DNA from: Fidelibacterota bacterium
GTDB lineage: Bacteria > Fidelibacterota > Marinisomatia > Marinisomatales > Marinisomataceae
DNA length: 64,000 bases
Direction: 5' to 3'
Assembly (NCBI GenBank): GCA_965212055.1
Contig: OZ243041.1
Span: 192,001 to 256,000 of the forward strand
Notes under the pieces: model-generated
The model's database searches: none
Told to the model about the DNA's origin: nothing
What the model saw: only the letters and a program-made list of their open reading frames with translations
Part shown: positions 48,064 through 58,398 of the stretch, in pieces
Numbering within the stretch: the stretch's first letter is position 1
Layout: the number at the start of each line of letters is the position of its first letter
Position numbers and translations under genes: made by a program

Positions 48064-49146
48064 TTATTTATTATTTAATAAATAATCTATTATTCTTGCA
48101 CTGGCATTGCCATCGAAAGTGCCTGCTAGTTTTTCTGCATATTGTAAGCGAGTTTTTGATAATGTATGGGGATTTGCTACTTGTTCTGCAACAATAGTCT
48201 TGAGTTCTTGATAAGAATCAGCACGGACAGCTATGTTTGAGTATTCGTTATAATCTTTGTCCATACGTTTTTTAAATCGATAGGAAAAAATTCCTCGATA
48301 GTTCCAACGTAATTTTAGAAAGTTACACCATATAACAGGCTTGTCCAGTGCAGCAAATTCAATAATAGCAGAAGACGCATCACTAATTAGTAAATCAGCA
48401 GTCGCCATAAATGGGACCAAAGAATAATCATCAACTTTTGCTAAATAAACATTATCATAATTGGACCAATGACTAAGAAGTTGGCGTTGTTTTTTATACT
48501 TATCTTTGCTTGTGGAAAAATAGTGTGGTTTTATCAATATATTGTACGCACTAAAGCTTTCAGGAAAGTTTTTAGGGAAACGTTCAATGCTGCTAGGATA
48601 GAAAGTAGGAGCATAAATTAATGTCTTTTTTTCTGTTTTTAAGCCTAATTGATTTAAATCAAATCCTGTAGTTTCACCATTGATAATTGGATCTAGCTTA
48701 CAAAAACCAACATTGACAAAATTATCATTAGGGTACATATTTTTAAGACGATTTGTTCGGTATTCTCCTTCAACAAACCTCACTGTAGTTGGAGTACTTG
48801 ATTTTGTATAATAACTTGCTTTTGGTCCAACTCCATGACCGAGTTGTACTGACTTACTGATTTGGTGCACTTCGTTTAAAAAAGGAAAAGTATTGCCAAA
48901 GAATATCCAATCAGCTTTTTGATTTTTATAATATTTATTGGCTTCAGCTTTATCTTTTACCCAAATGTGATCCAGATTTTCTGATTGAATGATATTTTCT
49001 ATGATTGCATCATGTATGCCATGATAAAACACAAAAGTTGCATGTCCTGCATTTTGTTTTAATAACCGATGATAGACTGGTAGATATTGAGGTAAATAAT
49101 AAAGCTGTTGTACATCAAATGAGATGGATATAGTCTTATTATTCAT
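48064..49146 (-). CDS. CDP-glycerol glycerophosphotransferase family (TagB/TagF-like)
   Basis: HG, G..KLD, IYAPT, IKPH, LISD.SS...EF..LDKP. Confidence 0.82.
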   Translation of the reverse strand: MNNKTISISFDVQQLYYLPQYLPVYHRLLKQNAGHATFVFYHGIHDAIIENIIQSENLDHIWVKDKAEANKYYKNQKADWIFFGNTFPFLNEVHQISKSVQLGHGVGPKASYYTKSSTPTTVRFVEGEYRTNRLKNMYPNDNFVNVGFCKLDPIINGETTGFDLNQLGLKTEKKTLIYAPTFYPSSIERFPKNFPESFSAYNILIKPHYFSTSKDKYKKQRQLLSHWSNYDNVYLAKVDDYSLVPFMATADLLISDASSAIIEFAALDKPVIWCNFLKLRWNYRGIFSYRFKKRMDKDYNEYSNIAVRADSYQELKTIVAEQVANPHTLSKTRLQYAEKLAGTFDGNASARIIDYLLNNK

Positions 49147-50143
49147 GATTTTGTCCTGATAAAGAAAAATATTTATCTAATACTAATAATGAAATCAATT
49201 TCTCTCTTTTAGAATCTTTAAATTGGTCTACATACGCATTAGCATTGTTAATAATTTGTAATGCTTCTTCTGTGTGCTTAGAGTAATAATGAATTTTTTC
49301 TTCTGCATTGGAAAAGTCATCATTGACTTCAATGTAATGTACTCCAGCTTCAAGTGTTCCTTCCATAAACCACGTTTCATATTTTGGTTTTGGCATCACA
49401 CACACCGAATTTGAAGACATTACCCATTTGATACTTGTTGCAGTATCAACTCCTTCAATGCAGAATATAAATTTGTAAGCAAGTTGGTCATGAATTGACA
49501 TAAAACCTTTAAACCAAGGTTCATCTACAACAGGACTTCTTTGTCCAATATTGAATATAGGAACACGATAATAATGTTTTAAAAAATATTGTCTAGATTC
49601 TGAATTTGTTCCATTTCCTCTCCATACTGCCGCATTTTTTTTATCGACAAATTTTCTATGATCCTTGATAAAATGAAAATGTCTAATCTTATTTAATTTC
49701 ATTATAATTGCGTTTTCACTATCTACAATTGGCCTACTTTTAACAACACAAGGTATCATTGGTCTTTTGTTGATATCTCCAAACATAAAGTCCAATTTTT
49801 TATCAGATTGAAAGAATGAGAAAAATCTATATAAATCTAAAAAGTATGTAGTGTGTTTTCTAGTTGGAGAACTATGTGTTCGAGAGAGTATATGATCTTT
49901 GATATTTTTAAGTTGCCTATTCCGTAATTGTTTAAGAGTAAGCGCGCCTGGTGAGACAGTAAATTGATTTCTTTCTTTATGATAGTAGTTGACACGTGAT
50001 AAGATATATTGTCGATCATATTGATTTAACTTATTTAATTCAGATTTGAGTTTTAGGCGATAGAATATTCTTGGAACTAAAAGTAGAATGATATTTTTTA
50101 AGTAATAAAAAGATTTAACATTTTTATATTTGAATTTCTTCAT
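49139..50143 (-). CDS. Glycosyltransferase family 90 (CAP10/LpsA-like)
   Basis: VKSRP, WRG, YKFI..IEG.D.AT..KW.MSSNS, YETWFMEG.L....HY; start likely ATG 50143. Confidence 0.82.
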   Translation of the reverse strand: MKKFKYKNVKSFYYLKNIILLLVPRIFYRLKLKSELNKLNQYDRQYILSRVNYYHKERNQFTVSPGALTLKQLRNRQLKNIKDHILSRTHSSPTRKHTTYFLDLYRFFSFFQSDKKLDFMFGDINKRPMIPCVVKSRPIVDSENAIIMKLNKIRHFHFIKDHRKFVDKKNAAVWRGNGTNSESRQYFLKHYYRVPIFNIGQRSPVVDEPWFKGFMSIHDQLAYKFIFCIEGVDTATSIKWVMSSNSVCVMPKPKYETWFMEGTLEAGVHYIEVNDDFSNAEEKIHYYSKHTEEALQIINNANAYVDQFKDSKREKLISLLVLDKYFSLSGQNHE

Positions 50144-50207
50144 TGGTCTCAAATTATTTATCAGCAATCTTATAAGCTATTTTTTTTTAAATTAAGACAA
50201 TATTGTT

Positions 50208-51311
50208 ATGGATATAAAAAAATTAACTGTTGGCATTGAAGAAGAATATCAGGTTATTGATCCTGATACAGGAGAATTAACGTCATATATTGCTGAATCT
50301 CTAGAACGAGATGCTGTTCTTTTTAAAGATAGTATGGTGCCTGAATTTCTGAAATCACAACTAGAAGTTACTAGTAAGGTTTGTAAAAATATTAAACAAG
50401 CTAGAAAAGAAGTGATTCGTTTAAGAAAATTTGCTTCTAAATATGCACAAAAAAATAATTGTACCATTATTGCTGCTGGAACCCATCCCTATTCTCGATG
50501 GGAAGATCAAGTAAGAACAGACAAAGAACGATATCACGGTTTGTATGACTCCATGCAGTTTGTTGCAAAGAGATTGTTAATATTTGGTATGCATATTCAT
50601 ATTGGCATTCCTGATCGAGATTTAAGAATAGATGTGATGAATCAAATGAGATATTTTGTACCACATATTTTAAGTTTGTCTACTTCATCTCCATTTTGGC
50701 AAGGCGAAGATACTGGATTTAAATCATATCGAGGCATTGTATTTGAAGATTTGCCTAGAACTGGTATTCCAGAAAAATTTGATTCAGCCAAATCCTATGA
50801 CAAGTTTGTTGAGCAGCTTACTGAAACAAAGTGCATAGATACACCATCAAAAATTTGGTGGGACATAAGACCTCATCATAAATTTCCAACAGTAGAGTTT
50901 AGAATGTGTGATTCTACTACAAAAGTAGATGAAGTCATTGCTATTGCTGCATTGATTCAGGCGCTTGTTGCAACAATGATACATAATCGTGAACGTAATA
51001 TTAGTTGGAGAGATTATAGAAATTCTTTCATCTCAGAGAACAAATGGCGTTCTATGCGCCATGGAGTTAATGGCAAGTTAATTGATTTGGGATTAACAAA
51101 AGAATTAGATACAAAAGAACTCATTAAAGAAATCATTGAATTGGTAGATGAAGCTGCAGAGACATTGGGCACACAAGAAGAAATTGCTTATATACGTACT
51201 ATGTTGAAAAAAGGCACAAGTGCTGATCGACAACTAGCATTATATAAGAAAACCGGTGATTTAAAGAAAGTAGTCCAAATGCTTTCTAAAGAAACCCTTG
51301 AACATTGTTAA
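50208..51311 (+). CDS. Carboxylate-amine ligase (YbdK/GCS2 family)
   Basis: TVGIEEEYQ, AAGTHP, GMHIHIG, SSPFW, WWDIRP...TVEFR.CD. Confidence 0.92.
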   Translation: MDIKKLTVGIEEEYQVIDPDTGELTSYIAESLERDAVLFKDSMVPEFLKSQLEVTSKVCKNIKQARKEVIRLRKFASKYAQKNNCTIIAAGTHPYSRWEDQVRTDKERYHGLYDSMQFVAKRLLIFGMHIHIGIPDRDLRIDVMNQMRYFVPHILSLSTSSPFWQGEDTGFKSYRGIVFEDLPRTGIPEKFDSAKSYDKFVEQLTETKCIDTPSKIWWDIRPHHKFPTVEFRMCDSTTKVDEVIAIAALIQALVATMIHNRERNISWRDYRNSFISENKWRSMRHGVNGKLIDLGLTKELDTKELIKEIIELVDEAAETLGTQEEIAYIRTMLKKGTSADRQLALYKKTGDLKKVVQMLSKETLEHC

Positions 51312-51314
51312 TAG

Positions 51315-51992
51315 ATGGGATCTTCAAGTGCGCAATGCATCGTTTTATTAAGTGGAGGATTAGATTCTACAACCGTTCTTGCAATTGCCAATCAAACCTT
51401 TACTATTCATGCATTATCATTTGACTATGGTCAACGACACAAATTTGAATTAGAATCAGCACAAAACATTGCTACTCATTTTCATGTGCATAATCATAAA
51501 ATCATTACTATTGATCTTGCACAGTTCGGACAATCAGCTCTTACTGATGAGATTGAAGTACCAAAAAATGCAACCATCGGAGAAGAAATTCCTATTACAT
51601 ATGTTCCAGCACGCAATACTATATTTTTATCCTACGCATTAGCATATGCAGAAGTAAATAAAATTTATGATATTTTTATTGGTGTTAATGCGCTTGATTA
51701 TAGTGGATATCCTGATTGTAGACCTGAATATATTGAATCGTTTGAGCGTATGGCGAATTTGGCAACAAAATTTACCCAAAAAGATAAAAAAATTACGATT
51801 CATACCCCATTAATTGATCTAAAAAAATCTGAAATTATTTTAAAAGGCAATCAATTAGGAATCGATTATGGTATTACCCATTCCTGTTATGATCCATCCA
51901 CTGCAGGTGCTTGTGGATTATGTGATGCATGTGTATTGCGTAAGAAAGGATTTGAAGAAGCAAATATAACTGACCCAACGACTTATCAATGA
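51315..51992 (+). CDS. queC: 7-cyano-7-deazaguanine synthase
   Basis: SGGLDS, YGQRH, YVPARN, YPDCR, SCY...CG.CD.C. Confidence 0.97.
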   Translation: MGSSSAQCIVLLSGGLDSTTVLAIANQTFTIHALSFDYGQRHKFELESAQNIATHFHVHNHKIITIDLAQFGQSALTDEIEVPKNATIGEEIPITYVPARNTIFLSYALAYAEVNKIYDIFIGVNALDYSGYPDCRPEYIESFERMANLATKFTQKDKKITIHTPLIDLKKSEIILKGNQLGIDYGITHSCYDPSTAGACGLCDACVLRKKGFEEANITDPTTYQ

Positions 51993-52621
51993 GTTATGCA
52001 ATCAAAGAAATATACTTTACAATCCAAGGAGAAGGATTTCATACAGGAAAAGATGCAGTTTTTTGCCGTTTTTCTGGATGCAATCTTTGGTCAGGATTAG
52101 AAAAAGATCGATCAAATGCAGTTTGTAATTTTTGTGATACAGATTTTTTTGGTACGGATGGTGAAAATGGTGGAAAATATTCATCACATCATGATCTTAT
52201 TAATCAAATTGAAATGTGTTGGCCAAAGAAAAAGAAAAATAAATACGTTGTTTTTACTGGAGGGGAACCATTGCTTCAATTAGATCAACAATTAATTGAC
52301 GAATTACATAATCATAATTTTGAAGTTGCTATTGAAACAAATGGTACGATTCTTCCTCCAAACAATATTGATTGGGTTTGTGTGAGTCCTAAAAAGAATG
52401 CTGATTTAATATTAAAGAGTGGTGATGAACTAAAATTGGTTTATCCCCAGAAAAATTTTAATCCCCAACAATTTGAATCATTAGATTTCACTTATTTTAG
52501 TATTCAACCAATGGATGGAAAACAATTACAAAACAATATTTTGAAATGCGTATCTTATTGTATGGAAAATCCACTGTGGCGATTAAGCCTCCAAACACAT
52601 AAAATTATTGGAGTGAAATAA
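51989..52621 (+). CDS. queE: 7-carboxy-7-deazaguanine synthase (CX14CX2C radical SAM type)
   Basis: [42 protein letters not shown]. Confidence 0.95.
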   Translation: MSYAIKEIYFTIQGEGFHTGKDAVFCRFSGCNLWSGLEKDRSNAVCNFCDTDFFGTDGENGGKYSSHHDLINQIEMCWPKKKKNKYVVFTGGEPLLQLDQQLIDELHNHNFEVAIETNGTILPPNNIDWVCVSPKKNADLILKSGDELKLVYPQKNFNPQQFESLDFTYFSIQPMDGKQLQNNILKCVSYCMENPLWRLSLQTHKIIGVK

Positions 52622-52622
52622 G

Positions 52623-52988
52623 ATGTTTGAATTAACAAGAAAATATGAATTTCATGCTGCACGCAAGTTAACAAGTTTACCAGAGAGCCATCCTTGTAGT
52701 AAAATGCATGGACATACTTTTTCAGTGATAGTCAAAATAAGTGGTAATTTAGATCAATCAAAAGGCTGGGTAATGGATTTTTCTGATATAGATGATATAT
52801 ATCATACAAATGTTCAATCACTCCTTGATCATAAATATTTAAATGATATAGATACTTTATCCAATCCTACAACAGAACATATTGTGGTTTGGATATGGGA
52901 TAAGTTATTCCCTGATTTGAATGGATTAACAGAAGTAACTGTGAGTGAAAGTAACGACTCTTCGTGTACATATAAGGGAAATAACTAA
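52623..52988 (+). CDS. queD: 6-carboxy-5,6,7,8-tetrahydropterin synthase
   Basis: CSKMHGH (C-X3-HGH), LDH.YLN, NPT.E; inside que operon. Confidence 0.92.
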   Translation: MFELTRKYEFHAARKLTSLPESHPCSKMHGHTFSVIVKISGNLDQSKGWVMDFSDIDDIYHTNVQSLLDHKYLNDIDTLSNPTTEHIVVWIWDKLFPDLNGLTEVTVSESNDSSCTYKGNN

Positions 52989-53380
52989 TGCCAAAAGCAC
53001 AAGGAAAAAAATTCACATTTGATACGGTCGATAAAATTAGACCAGACTATCTTGAAACATTTAATTTTGATAGCAAAGATCAATATATCATTACTAAAAC
53101 TAAGGAATTTAGCGCTGTTTGTCCTTTTAGTGGTTTACCAGATTTGGCAAAAGTAATTATTGAATATTATCCAGATGGCGGAAAGTGTGTTGAACTGAAA
53201 TCATTAAAATATTATTTCATTAGTTTTAGAAATGTAGGAATTTATCAAGAAGCGGTGACCCAAAAAATTTATTCTGATTTAAAAAATGTTCTTAATACTC
53301 AAAGACTTAAAGTAACTTCTGTGTATAATACAAGAGGAGGATTTGATACCACTTGTATAGAAGGAGATTTAGAAAAATAA
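52988..53380 (+). CDS. queF: PreQ0 reductase (single T-fold type)
   Basis: [21 protein letters not shown]. Confidence 0.93.
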   Translation: MPKAQGKKFTFDTVDKIRPDYLETFNFDSKDQYIITKTKEFSAVCPFSGLPDLAKVIIEYYPDGGKCVELKSLKYYFISFRNVGIYQEAVTQKIYSDLKNVLNTQRLKVTSVYNTRGGFDTTCIEGDLEK

Positions 53381-53559
53381 TGAATAAAAAATCATTTCTA
53401 AAAATTTGTTTAGTTGCTGGAATAACAGCTTTTGTTGCTAATGATATCATGTATTATACAGATAAATTTGGTGAACAAACGTTTTGGGAGCATATCATTA
53501 TTGCGGTTGCTATTTTTGTTACAACAGTGAATACATTGTTTCTATATTGGAGAGAATAA
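53380..53559 (+). CDS. Small 2-TM hypothetical protein
   Basis: Coupled by TAATG overlaps to queF and to the next gene. Confidence 0.6.
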   Translation: MNKKSFLKICLVAGITAFVANDIMYYTDKFGEQTFWEHIIIAVAIFVTTVNTLFLYWRE

Positions 53560-54137
53560 TGAATTATTTAGAAAAATTATACAGAGCGATTCGTCTTGAT
53601 TCAGAGTTATACGAAGAAGTTGAAGCAGATAAAAGCTTAACAAGACAAGCGTTGGTGACCGTTGCATTGGTTGCTATTATTGAAGGTGTTTTTTATCTGG
53701 GGGCTCAAGATCAAGGATTAGTTATTGGGTTATCACAATCAATTCTTGGGAGTGTCACTCGATGGGTTATGTGGGCATTTTTTATTGCATTTGTCGGAAC
53801 AAGAATTTTACCTGAGCCTGAAACAGAATCCAATACAGGTGAATTGCTTCGTACATTAGGGTTTGCATATGCTCCAGGTGTATTTTATATATTTGCATCG
53901 TTGCCTATTATTGGATCCATTGTTCAATTATTGGTTCCATTGTGGCAATTAGCTGCTATGGTAGTTGCAGTAAGACAAGCATTAGATTTTAGTTCCACTA
54001 CACGTGCCATTGGTGTATGTGTTGTAGCATTCTTTCTCATGGTATTAACACTGATACTATTTATAATGTTCACTTCTTTCTTTCTCGCAGTTGCATCGAA
54101 TGCTGTTCCAGTGGAGACCCCTTTAATAGGTACTTAA
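53559..54137 (+). CDS. Yip1-family membrane protein
   Basis: YEEVE.D, LLR.LGFA.AP, AVRQALD..ST.RA; start reassigned to ATG 53559. Confidence 0.75.
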   Translation: MNYLEKLYRAIRLDSELYEEVEADKSLTRQALVTVALVAIIEGVFYLGAQDQGLVIGLSQSILGSVTRWVMWAFFIAFVGTRILPEPETESNTGELLRTLGFAYAPGVFYIFASLPIIGSIVQLLVPLWQLAAMVVAVRQALDFSSTTRAIGVCVVAFFLMVLTLILFIMFTSFFLAVASNAVPVETPLIGT

Positions 54138-54201
54138 TTTTTACACTTTAAAGTATGGAATAATTTTTTTACCTTTTTGTTCTATAGGAGTTCAATTATA
54201 T

Positions 54202-54990
54202 ATGAAAAATAAAGTTTTAGCTATAGCAATCTTATTATTAGTCGGATGCGATTCATCCAGTACCATTAATCCTTATAATACTGATGGCGGTAATGATAAT
54301 TCAGGATCTGGTGGTTCAGGAGGTGGAGGGGATACTAACCTACCTGTGGGATTCACAAAATTTATAGATACACATACTGATGTTTATATTTCAGGAAATT
54401 ATGTTGTTGTTGAAACAGCTGGAATTCCTAATCACACTAGTCCGTATTGGGGAGCTGGACATACTAATTATGAAACTCCACATTCAGGAATGAGTGTAAA
54501 TCCTAATATAATTTCCGCACAAAACTTTAAATTTTATATTCCCCTTAATCCAACAGTAGCTAATACAGTTGCTAGCACTCCATTAGGGGCAATAGGAGTA
54601 TCTTTAAGCGGTGTACCATTTTATAATCAATATGCTGGTCCAAATAATCAACCATTGGCTCAAGAAACTGGATCTTTTGATGCATACTATGGACATCCAC
54701 AACAAACAGGACAATATCATTATCACTGGGAGCCATTATACTTAACATTTGCTGATAATTCTATATTAATAGGATATTCACTAGATGGTTTTCCTGTTTA
54801 TGGACCAACTAACCAAACTGATGGAAATTATCCAACTGATTTAGATGACATCAATGGACATACTCATATTACCAATGAATATCCAAATGGTACTTACCAT
54901 TATCATGCTACTTCAACAGTCCCTTATTTGATTGGTGGATATAAAGGAACCGTAGGTTCAGCAAGTGGCGGTGGATACTTTACCAACTAA
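54202..54990 (+). CDS. YHYH domain lipoprotein
   Basis: Lipobox LVGC, Gly-rich linker, two GH...G.YHYH motifs, DGFPVYGP. Confidence 0.9.
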   Translation: MKNKVLAIAILLLVGCDSSSTINPYNTDGGNDNSGSGGSGGGGDTNLPVGFTKFIDTHTDVYISGNYVVVETAGIPNHTSPYWGAGHTNYETPHSGMSVNPNIISAQNFKFYIPLNPTVANTVASTPLGAIGVSLSGVPFYNQYAGPNNQPLAQETGSFDAYYGHPQQTGQYHYHWEPLYLTFADNSILIGYSLDGFPVYGPTNQTDGNYPTDLDDINGHTHITNEYPNGTYHYHATSTVPYLIGGYKGTVGSASGGGYFTN

Positions 54991-55459
54991 GTTCGTACTC
55001 TTATTTTCCTATACAATATTTCTATTCTCTTGTACAGAAGTTCTTATTGTCGAAGACTCTGATTTAATCGATGGAATGACAGTACAAAAATTTGTGAGAG
55101 AAAATCAATATGATGGCATTATTAAAATCTATTATCCTGATAATCAATTACAATCAATGAGAAAATATTCCAATGGAAAAAAATATGGAAAACATGAAGG
55201 ATGGTGGCCTAATGGAAATAAACGATATACATATTATTTTAATAAAGACCAAAGTGTCGGCCAACATCTTCAATGGCATTCCAATGGTCAGTTGTTTGTT
55301 ATAAAAAATTTTGAAAATGGTTTAGAAAGCGGAGAACAAAAAGCATGGGATCAAAATGGAGATTTGATGTATAAATATATCTATTATAATGGAAGGAAGT
55401 ATGGTATCCAAGGATCTGTTGTATGTAATGGTATGAATGAGTTGGCGGAACAAAATTGA
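54965..55459 (+). CDS. MORN-variant repeat (YwqK-like) lipoprotein
   Basis: LFSC lipobox-like; repeated G....W..NG units; ends G..G...C. Confidence 0.75.
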   Translation: MAVDTLPTKFVLLFSYTIFLFSCTEVLIVEDSDLIDGMTVQKFVRENQYDGIIKIYYPDNQLQSMRKYSNGKKYGKHEGWWPNGNKRYTYYFNKDQSVGQHLQWHSNGQLFVIKNFENGLESGEQKAWDQNGDLMYKYIYYNGRKYGIQGSVVCNGMNELAEQN

Positions 55460-55944
55460 TTCATTTACAAAATTATACTGATGATTTTTTTTCATTTCTT
55501 CTAGAATCAAATAATGTGAATAAACCAGAGGTGGGAGCACTAGATGAAGAAAAACTTCAATTACTTATTGATCAAGCAAATTATTGCAAAATAGTATTCT
55601 ACAATAATGATCCTGCAGGATTTCTCCTGTGTTTGCCAGAAAAGATTGAATATGATAGCATGAACTATGAATGGATCTCTGAACGATACAGCAATTTTAT
55701 GTATATTGATCGTATTTCAGTTATGCAAAAATTTCAGAATAAACAATTAGGAACTGCACTTTATGATGATTTGATAGAATGTTCAAAAGAAGAGAACTAT
55801 GATATTATTTTATGTGAAGTGAATATTTATCCACCAAATCCAGGATCTATAAGATTTCATAAAAGATTTGATTTTATTGAATGCGGTTCGCAATTTACAG
55901 AGGGCGGAAAAAAGCAAGTCCAATTTTTTTTTAGAGAATTATAA
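55456..55944 (+). CDS. GNAT family acetyltransferase (COG3818-like)
   Basis: YDS.NY.W, F.YIDRI, CEVN..PPN..S..FH; TTG start. Confidence 0.85.
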   Translation: MIHLQNYTDDFFSFLLESNNVNKPEVGALDEEKLQLLIDQANYCKIVFYNNDPAGFLLCLPEKIEYDSMNYEWISERYSNFMYIDRISVMQKFQNKQLGTALYDDLIECSKEENYDIILCEVNIYPPNPGSIRFHKRFDFIECGSQFTEGGKKQVQFFFREL

Positions 55945-56071
55945 TTAACATTGAAAGGATATTAATGAACAATTTTTGGCACGATTTATTTTTCCCATTG
56001 TTTTTCTTTACAGTTTTTGTTGCTGCGCATATTGGACTGTATATAATGATATTTAAGGGAGATAAATCAAA

Positions 56072-56272
56072 GTGAATAAAAAAAAGAGACTCGCAAAAAG
56101 AAAACATCGTAAAGCTCGCTTACGACTCAAAGCGAAGAAATTAGAGCTCCTAAAAAATAAAAAACCTTCTGTTGAGAAAGTGAAAGCTCCAAAAGCTCCT
56201 TCTAAAAAAGCAGCGCCTAAGAAAGTAGCATCCAAAAAGAAGGCTACTAAGAAAAAGAAGGAAAAATCTTAA
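56072..56272 (+). CDS. Very basic small protein with histone H1-like K/A/P tail
   Basis: KKKRLAKRKHRK N-terminus, KAPKAPSKKAAPKK tail; GTG start after GGGAG. Confidence 0.65.
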   Translation: MNKKKRLAKRKHRKARLRLKAKKLELLKNKKPSVEKVKAPKAPSKKAAPKKVASKKKATKKKKEKS

Positions 56273-56278
56273 TTATAA

Positions 56279-57382
56279 ATGCGTAATTCAAATACCACAT
56301 TGGGGGTATTTGTCGTTTGTCTCAAAGTATTATGGAGACATAAACGATATCTTTATCTATTAACCTTTTTACTGTTTTTTCCATTTTATTTACTCATTAA
56401 TCGATTATTTTTATTTCTTGATTATCTGGTAGTGCCAGAATTTGAAGATACAAAAATTCAGAATCCTATCTTCATTATAGGATTTAATCGTAGTGGTACT
56501 ACATTTTTTCACAAATTCTTATCTCAATCACAACAATTTACATCATCTCCTGCCTGGGATATGGTTGTTCCATCTATTTCCCTTAGAAAATTGATTGCAT
56601 TTCTCCCAGCATTATTGTCAGCAATAAAATTTGATCGAATTGAAAAAAAAGATAAAGGACATGAAGTAAAACTAACTGAGGTTGAAGAAGATGAAATGCT
56701 GTTTTTTTTACATAAGTTAGATTCTAAATGGATTACAAATAATTTAATTCCATGGATGCAATACGATGTTCAATTCAAACGCTTTGCTCACAATCTAGGC
56801 AGAGATAATTCAGAAAATGCTGAACGTAATCTTAATTCATTCTCTTTTTATAGAGAATTTTGCAAAAGACAAATATTCTTACAGAAAAATAAACCAATAT
56901 TATCTAAGGCGAATCCTTTCGTGTTTCGATTAGATTCCTTGATGAAAACATTTCCTGATGCAAAGATTGTCTTTATTGTTCGAGATCCATTGGAAACAAT
57001 TCCGTCTTATTTTTCAATGCAAGAAAAAATGAAATATGGAAATATGATGACTAAACAAGAACTCAAATTTTATCGAGAAGAAACATATAAAGAAATTATT
57101 GATTGGTATAAAGAAACAGAAGTTGCACAAGATAAGTTAGAATCAAAGAATTTTGTTGTTTTTACCTATCAAGATTTAACAAAAAATTTAGCAAAAACGA
57201 TAAAACAATTTTTTACATTTTCTAATCAAAAAATGACTAAAGAATTTGAACAAATTCTTAAAAAAACTATTTCAAAAAAGTATGTTAAAAAACATCAAAA
57301 TAAAACAGTTTCTGATTTTGGTTTAAGTGATAAAAAAATTAGAAAAGATTTTGATTTTGTATATGAGAAATACTTTAACTAA
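56279..57382 (+). CDS. Sulfotransferase family protein
   Basis: PIFIIG..RSGTT (5'-PSB) and FPDAK.....RDP...IPS (3'-PB) motifs; N-terminal TM. Confidence 0.85.
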   Translation: MRNSNTTLGVFVVCLKVLWRHKRYLYLLTFLLFFPFYLLINRLFLFLDYLVVPEFEDTKIQNPIFIIGFNRSGTTFFHKFLSQSQQFTSSPAWDMVVPSISLRKLIAFLPALLSAIKFDRIEKKDKGHEVKLTEVEEDEMLFFLHKLDSKWITNNLIPWMQYDVQFKRFAHNLGRDNSENAERNLNSFSFYREFCKRQIFLQKNKPILSKANPFVFRLDSLMKTFPDAKIVFIVRDPLETIPSYFSMQEKMKYGNMMTKQELKFYREETYKEIIDWYKETEVAQDKLESKNFVVFTYQDLTKNLAKTIKQFFTFSNQKMTKEFEQILKKTISKKYVKKHQNKTVSDFGLSDKKIRKDFDFVYEKYFN

Positions 57383-57398
57383 TTTTCTTCTCTTAGCA

Positions 57399-57962
57399 AT
57401 GAAAAAAAATATTTTACTTATAGTTGCCTTAATAGTTATTGGGATTCTAGGAAGAATGATTCCTCATCCACCAAACTTTACTCCAATCATTGCCATTGCA
57501 CTATTGGCATCACATGTATTTAAAAATAAATGGATTGTTATCTTAACCCCTTTAATGGCGATGTGGATTAGCGATTTAGTGCTTAATAATTATCGGTATG
57601 CAGGACACCATGATGGTGGTTTCTTAGTCTTTTCTTCTAGTTCTTTATGGGTATATGGCCCAATCATATGTATAGCATTATTAGGAACAGTATTAATCAA
57701 AAAAGTGAAAATATCGAACATCGCTTTATCTAGTATAAGCGGATCACTGATTTTCTTTTTAGTATCAAATTTTGGCGTATGGATTTCAGGAACAATGTTT
57801 CCTAAATCATTATTTGGTTTAATCGAATGTTATACATTCGCACTTCCATTTTTTGGTAATGCGTTAGTAGGAGACTTGGTTTATTGCACCATTTTATTTA
57901 CTAGCTATAGTTTAGCATTTTCCGGAGGTATAGTATTGCACAAAGGAAAGAATCTGAGCTAA
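57399..57962 (+). CDS. DUF6580-like putative membrane transport protein
   Basis: R.IPHPPNFTP, SD, FFLVSNFGVW, CY..ALPF motifs; start reassigned to ATG 57399. Confidence 0.75.
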   Translation: MKKNILLIVALIVIGILGRMIPHPPNFTPIIAIALLASHVFKNKWIVILTPLMAMWISDLVLNNYRYAGHHDGGFLVFSSSSLWVYGPIICIALLGTVLIKKVKISNIALSSISGSLIFFLVSNFGVWISGTMFPKSLFGLIECYTFALPFFGNALVGDLVYCTILFTSYSLAFSGGIVLHKGKNLS

Positions 57963-57991
57963 AAGTCTATAATTTTAAATTTTAAATTTAA

Positions 57992-58020
57992 TTGGCATTA
58001 CACAAATAACTCTTTATATT
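57992..58020 (+). promoter_or_regulatory. Putative sigma70 promoter of the cold-shock gene
   Basis: TTGGCA-N17-TATATT about 40 nt upstream of ATG. Confidence 0.4.
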
Positions 58021-58061
58021 GCCCCGATTATTATTTTAATTATTAACTAAAAGAGAGAAAT

Positions 58062-58274
58062 ATGAGTGACAGAGAAAAAGGTACTGTAAAGTTCTTTAAT
58101 GAAAAAAAAGGTTATGGTTTCATCACTAAAGAAGATGGAAACGACGTTTTTGTTCATTTCACTAGCATCGAATCAGATGATGATTTTAAGACTCTTAAAC
58201 AAGACCAAGCGGTTGAGTTTGAAATAGAGTCAGATGATAGAGGAGACAAAGCAGTCAAAGTAACAGCTGGTTAG
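58062..58274 (+). CDS. Cold-shock protein (CspA family)
   Basis: GTVKFFN..KGYGFI (RNP1), DVFVHF (RNP2). Confidence 0.96.
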   Translation: MSDREKGTVKFFNEKKGYGFITKEDGNDVFVHFTSIESDDDFKTLKQDQAVEFEIESDDRGDKAVKVTAG

Positions 58275-58317
58275 TTAATAATTACATAGTATATTTTTAA
58301 AGCTTAAGAAGGGGAAT

Positions 58318-58389
58318 GCCTCAGTAGCTCAATGGTAGAGCAGTGGCCTCTTAAGCCATTGGTTCAAGGTTCGAGTCCTTGCTGGGGTA
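58318..58389 (+). tRNA. tRNA-Lys(CTT)
   Basis: GCCTCAG/CTGGGGT acceptor (two G-U), GCTC/GAGC D stem, GTGGC-CTCTTAA-GCCAT, CAAGG-TTCGAGT-CCTTG, A73. Confidence 0.93.
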
Positions 58390-58398
58390 CTACTTAAA

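Noticed and set aside
51315..53380. dpd-type DNA 7-deazaguanine modification island
   Set aside because: No dpdA/tgt-like or dnd-like genes here; queF points to ordinary tRNA queuosine synthesis.
54965..55944. YwqK antitoxin plus GNAT toxin pair
   Set aside because: The MORN protein looks exported, and the GNAT is COG3818-like rather than an AtaT/TacT-type toxin with an RHH antitoxin.
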